Source: Candidatus Oleincola secundus
GTDB lineage: Bacteria; Atribacterota; Phoenicimicrobiia; Phoenicimicrobiales; Stramentimicrobiaceae
DNA: 10,563 nt
Assembly (NCBI GenBank): GCA_018400815.1
Contig: JAGYLS010000063.1
Span: forward strand, 1-10,563
Direction: 5' to 3'
Made by a program: the position numbers and the translations under genes. The notes under the pieces were generated by a model. That model was not told the DNA's origin, made no database searches, and saw only the letters and a list, made by a program, of their open reading frames with translations. Positions 1-7,304 of this stretch are shown here, in pieces; position 1 is the stretch's first letter, and every line of letters starts with the position of its first letter.

Positions 1-23
1 GAAAGGCTTTATTTATAAGTATT

Positions 24-99
24 TGGTGGAGATAAGGGGATTCGAACCCCTGGCCTCTGCGATGCGAACGCAGCGCTCTCCCAACTGAGCTATATCCCC
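24..99 (-). tRNA. tRNA-Ala (anticodon CGC), CCA encoded
   Basis: Reverse complement is GGGGATATAGCTCAGTTGGGAGAGCGCTGCGTTCGCATCGCAGAGGCCAGGGGTTCGAATCCCCTTATCTCCACCA (76 nt). It has an acceptor stem with the G3:U70 alanine determinant, D-arm AGCTCAGTTGGGAGAGC, anticodon stem CTGCG/CGCAG with loop TT-CGC-AT, T-loop GGTTCGAATCC and 3' CCA. Confidence 0.97.
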
Positions 100-141
100 A
101 TAAGTTCTTCAATTAAAAATTTGAGCTTAACACACCTATCT

Positions 142-170
142 ATTCTACTATAAGATAGATAATATTGCCA
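142..170 (-). promoter_or_regulatory. Putative sigma70-type promoter for tRNA-Ala
   Basis: Minus strand TGGCAA (170-165), 17-nt spacer, TAGAAT (147-142), about 40 nt upstream of the tRNA 5' end. The -10 matches 5/6 and the -35 only 3/6. Confidence 0.45.
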
Positions 171-194
171 TATAAAGTTCTTTTAGTCTTTTAG

Positions 195-226
195 TGTAAA
201 CTTGTGAAGCCTGAACCTTTTCTTTC
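195..226 (+). repeat. Dispersed intergenic repeat, copy 1
   Basis: tgtaaacttgtgaagcctgaaccttttctttc; aligns with the copies at 3151-3185 and 5449-5482 (shared core ttgtgaagcc(t/a)ga followed by a T/C tract). Confidence 0.75.
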
Positions 227-263
227 CTTGTTTTGAATTTTTGTGAACAATCGCTGGCAATTT

Positions 264-1691
264 TCACATTTTTAATTGTCTTAAAATCCAATCACTTATT
301 AGTTCCAAAGCTACCGGTGATATAGTCTCTTCAATTTTAGCATATTCATCAGGGGATCCGGTTTGAGCAGTCTGGAAAAGATGGTTAAGTCCAGGTAATT
401 CCTTAATCATAAAATCCTTATTACCTCCTGCTATTAGCGCTTCTTTGATTACCTCGAGGTTTTCTTCCGGCGGAACCTGAAGATCCTTTTCTCCATTGAT
501 AGCAAGGACCGGACAGCTAACCTTGCTCAAAGTCGGTTTGGGGTTATAAGTAAGGAAATATTTAAACCAGGGAGATAACAAACTCTGTATTTGGGCCTCA
601 ATAAATGCTTCCGGGTCACCAATTCTGCTTTTTTCATCCTCACTAAGCTCAGCAACATATTCATCAAATATCTTATTAGCCTTTTCTATTAGGATATCTT
701 TGTTTTCTTCTTCTTTCACAAGAGAGTATAATTTTTCATTATAGTGACGATTCCTGGCAATCCCCTCTTCACTTATTCCATTGGCTCTGGAAATAAGTTC
801 ACTTTGCAGATAGAGAATTTCCTCTCCTGTCAATCCCGGTCCAGCCATTAGAACAATAAAAGAAACATCTCTCGAGTGTATAGCTACCATAGGAGCAATT
901 ATTCCACCTTCACTATGCCCAATAAGGCCAATCTGTTCTGCATTTATCTCTTTACGGCTCTTAAGATAATCTATCCCTGCCAAAACATCTGAGGCAAAAT
1001 CATTACTTGTGGCCTGGAAGAAATTTCCAGTTGACTTTCCTACCCCTCTATCATCAAATCTCAACACAGCAATACCCTGCCTGGTCAGATAATCTGCCAA
1101 AACTAAAAAAGGTTTGTGACCGAAAACAGATTCATCTCTATCCTGTGGTCCAGAACCGCTAACAAGTAAAACTGCAGGGAAAAAGCCCTCTTTATCAGGC
1201 AATGTTAACGTACCTGCTAGGATAACTCCTGCCTTCTTGTTATTATATTTAACATCTTCCTCAATATAAGGATAAGGTTTTTCTGGTTCTTGAGGTCTTG
1301 TTAATTCTACTGCCTTTTCTATCTTTTGAAGCGAAAGAGGAAAAGATGTTCCAGACTGGTTCCATTCTCCTTTAATCACCGAGAAATCTTCACTTACTTT
1401 TCCTTCAAAATATCCAGCTATTGTACTTACATCAAGATATAAAGTATTGTCTTTTAAAATAACTTCATCCACCGGAAATCCTTTTACCCCCTGATCCGGA
1501 CTATCCATAGTAGCAGTTAATTTTCCTTCAGGAGTTGCAGTAATACTAAAAACAATTCTTATCTCAGTTCCGGGAACTTGTAACTTACCCTCCCAGATTC
1601 CCTCTATACCAGTTAACTCAGAAGCACCACTCAGGTTACCTGCAACAACAATGGTAAAAATACTTAACAAAATTATACCAATCTTTTTCAT
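264..1691 (-). CDS. Secreted alpha/beta-fold serine hydrolase (esterase/aminopeptidase-like) with an extra N-terminal domain
   Basis: 475 aa. N-terminal signal peptide (MKKIGIILLSIFTIVVAG...), GSGPQDRDE motif, LRFDDRGVGKS, nucleophile elbow GHSEGG, candidate catalytic Asp (NGEKDLQV) and His (GLNHLFQ). SD-like AGAGGA upstream of the ATG. Confidence 0.9.
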   Translation of the reverse strand: MKKIGIILLSIFTIVVAGNLSGASELTGIEGIWEGKLQVPGTEIRIVFSITATPEGKLTATMDSPDQGVKGFPVDEVILKDNTLYLDVSTIAGYFEGKVSEDFSVIKGEWNQSGTSFPLSLQKIEKAVELTRPQEPEKPYPYIEEDVKYNNKKAGVILAGTLTLPDKEGFFPAVLLVSGSGPQDRDESVFGHKPFLVLADYLTRQGIAVLRFDDRGVGKSTGNFFQATSNDFASDVLAGIDYLKSRKEINAEQIGLIGHSEGGIIAPMVAIHSRDVSFIVLMAGPGLTGEEILYLQSELISRANGISEEGIARNRHYNEKLYSLVKEEENKDILIEKANKIFDEYVAELSEDEKSRIGDPEAFIEAQIQSLLSPWFKYFLTYNPKPTLSKVSCPVLAINGEKDLQVPPEENLEVIKEALIAGGNKDFMIKELPGLNHLFQTAQTGSPDEYAKIEETISPVALELISDWILRQLKM

Positions 1692-1738
1692 AATATTTTA
1701 TTCCTCTTTAGTTAAAAATATTTTTCTGGTTCTATCAT

Positions 1739-2476
1739 CTATTTAATTATAGATTCCGGAACAATAATTGGCAAGACTAACACCTTAACCATCACAAACT
1801 TCTTTCCCAACCGGTGCACCGGAATCAATTTCCCAGCGAAGATTATGCTCAGAAACAATATCAGCTTTGCTTCCTTATCAGGATGACCCATTGATATGCA
1901 GGCAACCAGTTTTTTATTTTTTTCAATATTAAGAAATGTTTTAATCTCTTTAGCATATTCGGTGACTGAAGCCTGAATACAGCTTCCTATACCAAAGCAG
2001 TGTGCAGATAAAATTAAATTTTGTGCAAATAAACCTATATCAAATAAGGACCATTCTGGTAAAGAACCATCCATAAAAAGAAAAACAGCACATGGTGCTC
2101 CGTAAAATTCAAAATTCATCAATCTCAGTTTTTCTCTCCCCGCTCTATCAGTTCGCTCAATTCCAATAGTATTTAATCTACGGGCTCCGTGCTCCCTGAG
2201 ACGTTTTTCCATTTGTTCAGGCCAATCCGCAGGTTTAGGCAATAGGATATCCGGTTTGATCGGTGCATTTCTTTTTGCTAATTCTAACAATTCCCTGCTG
2301 AGTTCATCTCTTTGTTTTTCACTAACAACTGCAATTTCCCAGGGCTAGGTATTTGTATAGGAAGGGCTGTTTCTGGCAATATCCACTATTTTTGTCATTA
2401 TATCTTTGGAAATAGGTCTGGGTTCAAAAGCACGAAAACTCTGTCTGGTCTTAATATTTTCATAAGCTTCCATCAT
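1739..2476 (-). pseudogene. Nitroreductase-family flavoprotein, disrupted (in-frame TAG at codon 44; native C-terminus lost near 1862)
   Basis: SD AAGGAGGAGG precedes ATG at 2476. It translates MMEAYENIKTRQSFRAFEPRPISKDIMTKIVDIARNSPSYTNT*PWEIAVVS..., in frame with the tracked 1739..2290 ORF (FYGAP, FDIGLFAQNLILSAHCFGIGSCIQ, ISMGHPD). The R.S.R.F and PS..N.QPW nitroreductase motifs are present, with TAG (2345-2347) in place of Q. Confidence 0.85.
1785..1865 (-). pseudogene. 3' remnant of an AbrB/MazE-like antitoxin gene
   Basis: An alternative frame reads ADIVSEHNLRWEIDSGAPVGKEVCDG*, resembling the MazE/ChpA C-terminal pattern (TPENLH.EIDWG.PVGKEVW). An overlapping ATG GTT AAG (MVK) follows, as in mazE-mazF junctions. 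Confidence 0.55.
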
Positions 2477-2549
2477 AAACCTCCTCCTTATTTTAAACGT
2501 TAATTACAATTAAATAGAGTCTACTATTTAACCTTAATATTTGATAAGA

Positions 2550-2579
2550 AGTATAGCAACAACTTACCTTGTAGGTCAA
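2550..2579 (-). promoter_or_regulatory. Putative sigma70 promoter (extended -10) of the nitroreductase gene
   Basis: Minus strand TTGACC (2579-2574), 18-nt spacer ending TGc, TATACT (2555-2550); about 75 nt upstream of ATG 2476. Confidence 0.55.
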
Positions 2580-2739
2580 GAAAATGTAGCTTTTTGATCT
2601 GGGTCTGGGGTTAGCCTATCAAGAACTTACCCTCATGCCTTTGAAGTAGATTCGAACAATCAGGAATCAGAAAAAGAAAGTAAATTTTTTTTTGAGATGG
2701 ATTGAAAAACTCATATTTTGAGACTTTTTCCCCTTGATC

Positions 2740-3096
2740 TTACCTGGATTTTATTCTCATCAAATATTGTTTTAAAACTGAGGCATTATTCTTTTCTTCA
2801 TTCTTGGAACTGAATAGTAAGGTAATTTGCTCTTTACGGGAACGGTCTGCTAAAGGTTTCAGTAGATCCCGGTGTTCCTCTAACTCCACTAAATAACTTC
2901 CCTTGAAATCCTCCCAGCTTAATCTACCTGAATGAAAAGATTTTCGCAGCCAACCCGAAGGAGCAGCTTCTTTAATCCATTCGTCGATTTTTATCTGGTC
3001 TTTAGAAAGTCCTCGAGGCCAAATCCGATCGACAAGAACACGATACCCGTCCTGTGGCGCAGGTGGTTCATAGACACGTTTTATCGTAATTGGCAT
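2740..3096 (-). CDS. DUF488 / YeaO-family protein (118 aa)
   Basis: MPITIKRVYEPPAPQDGYRVLVDRIWPRGLSK...EWIKEAAPS...ITLLFSSKNEEKNNASVLK matches the DUF488 signature (KRVY..DG.R.LVDRLWPRG). Start moved from the tracked 3126 to ATG 3096, which has SD AAGGAGGTGA just upstream. Confidence 0.9.
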   Translation of the reverse strand: MPITIKRVYEPPAPQDGYRVLVDRIWPRGLSKDQIKIDEWIKEAAPSGWLRKSFHSGRLSWEDFKGSYLVELEEHRDLLKPLADRSRKEQITLLFSSKNEEKNNASVLKQYLMRIKSR

Positions 3097-3150
3097 TTCT
3101 TCACCTCCTTCAAGTATTTGCAACAAATATATCAGTCTCTTTAAGCATCA

Positions 3151-3185
3151 TTATGTGAATTTGTGAAGCCAGACCTTTTTCTTTC
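3151..3185 (+). repeat. Dispersed intergenic repeat, copy 2
   Basis: ttatgtgaatttgtgaagccagacctttttctttc; the first 20 nt are identical to 5449-5468 and the tail nearly matches 213-226. Confidence 0.8.
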
Positions 3186-3224
3186 TTACTCAGATCATAT
3201 TTTAGCTGCTCTTCTGGAGATTCG

Positions 3225-3851
3225 CTACCCTTTCTTCACTGCTTTAATTGCTACAAATGCACCTTTGCCAAAGCCATTCTGAACAATATTTTGTGTCTCT
3301 CCGGGAATCAGTGTTTGCTTAAAAGTCAAATCTCCGAAACCGGCATCCGTGAGATACTTAGCCACTTGCTCTGAGGAGAAAAATGTAGCTTCTTTGTAGA
3401 AGACACTTTTATTCCGCTTCTTTTCATACTTTTTTCCCAGTTCACTCTCTTTATCAACAAATCCCACAATAATAAAACCGTGGGGCTTTAATACGCGGAA
3501 TGCTTCCATGAAGGATTTGAGAATATCGTCAACAAAACAGATAGTCGTTACCATCAACACAAAGTCAAATTCTGAATCAGCAAAAGGCAAGTCCTCCGCT
3601 ACGTTTCGAAAAACTCGGATTCCTTGTTTTTCGGCTTTTATTGCCATCTTCTCCGATGGCTCCACACCAGTCTTTATACCAAAAGGCACAGCGAACTTAC
3701 CTGAACCGACGCCAACCTCCAAACTCTTTGCAGGAGGATGAGGTATTAATTGACGTATCGCCTCTAATTCAAAATCATAAGCATCCTCGTTATTTTCAAA
3801 CCACTTATCATATTTATCACTATATTTTTCAAATGGTTGTATTTTTGGCAT
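3225..3851 (-). CDS. Class I SAM-dependent methyltransferase (Methyltransf_11-like)
   Basis: 208 aa. SAM motif I LEVGVGSG, GVEPS, AEDLPFADSEFDFV, EAFRVLKPHG. Ends in TAG. Confidence 0.9.
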   Translation of the reverse strand: MPKIQPFEKYSDKYDKWFENNEDAYDFELEAIRQLIPHPPAKSLEVGVGSGKFAVPFGIKTGVEPSEKMAIKAEKQGIRVFRNVAEDLPFADSEFDFVLMVTTICFVDDILKSFMEAFRVLKPHGFIIVGFVDKESELGKKYEKKRNKSVFYKEATFFSSEQVAKYLTDAGFGDLTFKQTLIPGETQNIVQNGFGKGAFVAIKAVKKG

Positions 3852-3968
3852 ACTAAATTTACATCCTTTCAGAAAAGAAAAAATTTAAAAGGTACATCAT
3901 TGATAATAATTATTTTTTTTGCATTTTATCTCGTTTATCTTTATATGGCTAAAATAAGTTTAGCTATA

Positions 3969-5165
3969 TTAACGGAAAAAGAGTACATTAGTCTGTGCCT
4001 CTTTTAATCTCTCCATAGCTTCAACTACCATAGACCTGGGGCAAGCAAGGTTCATTCTGACAAAACCTTCCCCTCCCGCACCAAACCATTCTCCGGGATC
4101 CACTGTTATCTTAGCTTTTTCCAATACAAAGGAGTTAATCTCTTTATTGCTCATTCTGGTATCTCTAAAATCTAACCAGGCTAAATAGGTTCCCTCAGGC
4201 TTAGTTAGCCTCACTCCATTTAGATGTTCTTTAATATATGCTACTGCATAATCAAAATTTGGTTCGATATACTCTTTTAATTCTTTTATATAGTCATCAC
4301 CATACAGGTAGGCAGCTTCTCCCGCAATGGGACCAAACACATTAGAGCCAGGGTAGCGGTTCATTTTTATTCTATTTTTCATTCGTTCTCTGATTTTTTC
4401 ATTAGGGATGACAATAACTGAAGCACCCAGTCCAGCTATGTTAAATGTTTTACTGGGAGCAAAGGATAAAATTAGGTTATCAGTAATATTGCTAGACAGA
4501 ATTCCCATAGAAATAAATTTGTTCCCTTTCATAATAAAATCGGCATGAATTTCATCAGAAAATATTAAAACATTATTTTCGCAGCAAATCCTGCCTAAAC
4601 GATTTAGCTCCTCTTTTGTCCAAACCCCGTCCAACCGGATTATGGGGGCTGCATAAGATGATAAGCCTGGTTCTCTCCTCTTTTGCCAGCTTCTCAGGTT
4701 TTCAAAATCCATTTCGTAATAGCCATTTTCTCGATAAGCTGATTAACCTGATATCCCTGCCGCAATCTCTGATAGCTTCGCTAAGGATAATAAACAGGCT
4801 GCTGTACTATCACACCATCTTCCGGTTCAGTAAATTCTGGATTGCAGCATTGATTGATGGTACAACTCCGGCTATAAAAATCATCCACTCAATATTTGTT
4901 TTCAATCCATAATGCCTTGCAAGCCAACCAGAAGCCGCCTCTTTAAATGCATCTACATCTTCTGAGGTATAACCGTAAATACCATGTTTAGCCTATCTGT
5001 GACAGCTGAAATGACCTCTTCGGGACAGAGAAAATCCATATCTGCTATTCCCACATACACAAGGCATCTTTCACATCATAGCCAGAACTTTCTCATATCC
5101 CTGCACCATTTAGCGCTATAGGTGCCCTTTCATTGAAATCACTTTGTCAAATTATATTTTCCCAT
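3969..5165 (-). pseudogene. MalY/PatB-family PLP-dependent C-S lyase (cystathionine beta-lyase-like); 5' part multiply frameshifted
   Basis: The 3' part is open: SDEIHAD, PLP-lysine motif FAPSKTFNIAG, PEGTYLAWLD, GEGFVRMNLACPR. Upstream fragments in shifting frames read MGKYN/DKVIS/TYSAKW, DALCMW/IADMDF, HGIYGY, GVVPSI, DGVIVQQPVYYP and LIILCSPHNPVGR, back to ATG 5165 with SD-like AGGA. Confidence 0.88.
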
Positions 5166-5381
5166 AAATTCCTAACCTTTCTTCATTAATATTTTGCCAT
5201 AAGAAACCTATCTCAGCAAACTATTCAGCTAATTCCTACATTTCCTTCCTATTTTCTTTCGTCTATCCTCATTCATTCAAAACAAACTCCTTGAATTAGC
5301 TTACTTATCGACCTACTAAATGTTGAAATCTTTCGCTGGACTCCTCTCCTGCCGGTCATAGCGCAAAGCTCTTTTTTTCTT

Positions 5382-5414
5382 CTGTCATTGCAAGCACAGC
5401 GACGAAGCAATCTC
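5382..5414. repeat. Short palindromic REP-like element of the GTCATTGC...GAAGCAATCTC type
   Basis: ctgtcattgcaagcacagcgacgaagcaatctc, with arms attgc (5387-5391) and gcaat (5407-5411). It resembles the widespread GTCATTGCGAG...GCGACGAAGCAATCTC intergenic repeat. A partial second start gtcatagcg lies at 5355. Confidence 0.6.
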
Positions 5415-5448
5415 ATCCACTTATACCCGCAAAAAAGTATAAAGTTTT

Positions 5449-5482
5449 TTATGTGAATTTGTGAAGCCTGACTCATTTTTCT
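5449..5482 (+). repeat. Dispersed intergenic repeat, copy 3
   Basis: ttatgtgaatttgtgaagcctgactcatttttct; 20-nt exact match to copy 2, and ttgtgaagcctga is shared exactly with copy 1. Confidence 0.8.
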
Positions 5483-5597
5483 CCCCTGTTATTCTTATTG
5501 TTAAACTAATAAAAAGCTAATATCCACAAAGAATTATAGCATAAGTTACACTTATTTATGTTGTTTTTAAAGATGAAGAATGGGCTATAATATTTAT

Positions 5598-5634
5598 TTG
5601 ACCTTAAATCTTTCATTAATTATAATTAATGAAA
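5598..5634 (+). promoter_or_regulatory. Sigma70 promoter of the Lnt-like gene, overlapped by a perfect 24-bp palindromic operator
   Basis: TTGACC (5598-5603), 17-nt spacer, TATAAT (5621-5626). TTTCATTAATTATAATTAATGAAA (5611-5634) is its own reverse complement. ATG at 5672. Confidence 0.75.
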
Positions 5635-5671
5635 TAAAAAAATAACCTGTAGAGAGACTAATATTATATAA

Positions 5672-7147
5672 ATGAAATTAAATAGCTTTTTTCGTATTAT
5701 TCTCGGATTACTCTTATCTGTAATCGGAGGTATAGCCTGGGTTCTTGCTTTCCCACCCTATGAAATTTGGCCCTTGGTTTTTGTTGGTTTTGTTCCTGTA
5801 TTAATAGCCCAGCATAGGATTATGCCGGAAAAGTTTTCTTCTCTTGCTACAGGAATCGGGATAGGTGTGTGGTTACAGGGCTACCTGGGTCCTGTTTTTG
5901 CTCCGGTGGGCACTTTTATGGTATGGTTGCCATTGTTTGCCTTTATCCTTAGTTTCTTAATAGACCGGGGAGAACGTACATTCCATCTTAAAACAAGTTA
6001 TCGTTGGTTTGTTATCAGTGGTGTATTGGGTTGGGCTGGTATAGAAATGATTAGACTTTTTATCCCCATTGCAGGAACTTGGGCTTTTATTGCATATCCT
6101 CTTTACCGGCAGCTGTGGCTAATTCAGCCGGCAAGTATATTTGGTATAATCGGAACTGGTATGCTGGTTATAATGATAAACTATATTTTTGCTTTACTCA
6201 TCATCGGGTTGATCGACAAAAAGTGGCAACTGAAAATTGGTGACAATAATCAACTGTTTCTGTATAAATCCATTATTTTACGTCGTAGTTTAATAATAGG
6301 GAGCTTTATTCTGATAGGATGGACAATATTGAGCTTGATTTTATGGAATACATCTATTGATAGCCCATCAATACGGGCTGCTGCAGTCCAGCCTGTTGAA
6401 TCACCGATAGTAAATATTAACCGCGGTGTAGAAATGGATAATATATATAATCGAATGATTGAACAAACTTCCAAAGCCGGAAATGAAGGTGCTCAGTTTA
6501 TTGTCTGGCCAGAAGCCTCCCTTAGCTGGGATCCCCAAAGAGAAGATCGGTTAAACCTGACCAATCTGGCTATTGAATTAGAAGCTCATCTTGCTATTGG
6601 TTACATCGTTTCAGAAGGTGAAGAAGGATTTTATAATGAGGCAACAGTAATTGATCCTGATGGTAATTTCCTTGGAAAATTTGGCAAAGATCATCCTGTG
6701 GTATTTGGAGGAGAAACCAGTTTGAGTCGGGGTACATATCCTGTTTATGATACCAAGATAGGTAAAGTGAGTACCATAATCTGCTATGACCTTGATTACA
6801 CTGATACTACTCGCAAGATGGTCGCTCAAGGCGCCCAGTTAATCGGTGTACCTTCAAATGACTGGAGCAGCATTGCTGATAAGCATTATACTCATGTAGT
6901 TTTCAGAGCTATTGAAAACCGTGTAGCTATGGTTAAAGCTGATGGAAGCTATGATTCAGCGATTATTGACCCTTATGGTCGTATCCTCGAATCGGCTATA
7001 TTCCCCGATGGAGGTGAAGCAACCCTTATAACAGATGTGCAGATTGGTGATGGACACGGCACTATAACTACACTCTTAGGTGACTGGGCTGGATGGATAG
7101 GATTGTTTGGGTTACTCTTATTTTCTTTTGGTTCTAAGTGGCTATAA
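5672..7147 (+). CDS. Apolipoprotein N-acyltransferase-like membrane protein (nitrilase / CN-hydrolase fold)
   Basis: 491 aa. Multi-TM N-terminus with LAFPP...WPL...FVPVL and LIQPASIFG. The nitrilase E-K-C triad is in VWPE, GKDHP and IICYD. FRAIENR and DPYGRI motifs and a final TM helix after LGDW match the Lnt architecture. Confidence 0.88.
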   Translation: MKLNSFFRIILGLLLSVIGGIAWVLAFPPYEIWPLVFVGFVPVLIAQHRIMPEKFSSLATGIGIGVWLQGYLGPVFAPVGTFMVWLPLFAFILSFLIDRGERTFHLKTSYRWFVISGVLGWAGIEMIRLFIPIAGTWAFIAYPLYRQLWLIQPASIFGIIGTGMLVIMINYIFALLIIGLIDKKWQLKIGDNNQLFLYKSIILRRSLIIGSFILIGWTILSLILWNTSIDSPSIRAAAVQPVESPIVNINRGVEMDNIYNRMIEQTSKAGNEGAQFIVWPEASLSWDPQREDRLNLTNLAIELEAHLAIGYIVSEGEEGFYNEATVIDPDGNFLGKFGKDHPVVFGGETSLSRGTYPVYDTKIGKVSTIICYDLDYTDTTRKMVAQGAQLIGVPSNDWSSIADKHYTHVVFRAIENRVAMVKADGSYDSAIIDPYGRILESAIFPDGGEATLITDVQIGDGHGTITTLLGDWAGWIGLFGLLLFSFGSKWL

Positions 7148-7304
7148 AATTTTTTATTTTAATATTTCTTTTCTTTTTACCATTATTATGGGTCTTTCTT
7201 TCCTTCTTTTCAGCCATAGGGCAGAATCAGGTATAGGGGATAATTCTCTGTATCACAATTATAGATCTTTCCACCTTATTTCCTTCCCCTTATGGATTTT
7301 CTAC

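Noticed and set aside
24..99. tRNA-Ala as the attachment site of an integrated element occupying this window
   Set aside because: The tRNA 3' end points out of the window toward lower coordinates. I saw no duplicated tRNA 3' fragment and no integrase here.
242..268. tgtgaa...ttcaca inverted repeat as a Rex operator or terminator
   Set aside because: The 15-nt spacer does not fit Rex (TTGTGAA-N4-TTCACAA). The stem is weak, overlaps the hydrolase stop codon and has no U-tract on the coding strand.
2345..2347. Genome-wide TAG reassignment or pyrrolysine
   Set aside because: It is a single case in a gene that is also truncated, and the methyltransferase ends naturally at TAG (3225-3227).
2601..2630. 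ggggttagcctatcaag as an inverted fourth copy of the repeat
   Set aside because: There are too many mismatches, and it is equally well explained as a coding remnant (LGLGLAYQEL).
3943..3969. Hairpin atatggctaaa-ataag-tttagctatat after the malY/patB stop as an intrinsic terminator
   Set aside because: The stem is AT-rich, has a mismatch on the transcribed strand and lacks a following U-tract.
2312..4912. Short + strand ORFs 2312..2503, 2932..3144, 3508..3741, 3641..3856 and 4616..4912
   Set aside because: They are antisense shadows of recognisable minus-strand genes and carry no motifs.
5273..5476. 67-aa minus-strand ORF
   Set aside because: It reads through two repeat elements (MRLLRRCACND is the translated hairpin) and has no family features.
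195..5482. The three repeats as a CRISPR array or classical integron attC sites
   Set aside because: They are 2.3-3 kb apart, there are no cas genes, and they lack the RYYYAAC...GTTRRRY inverted-core hairpin.
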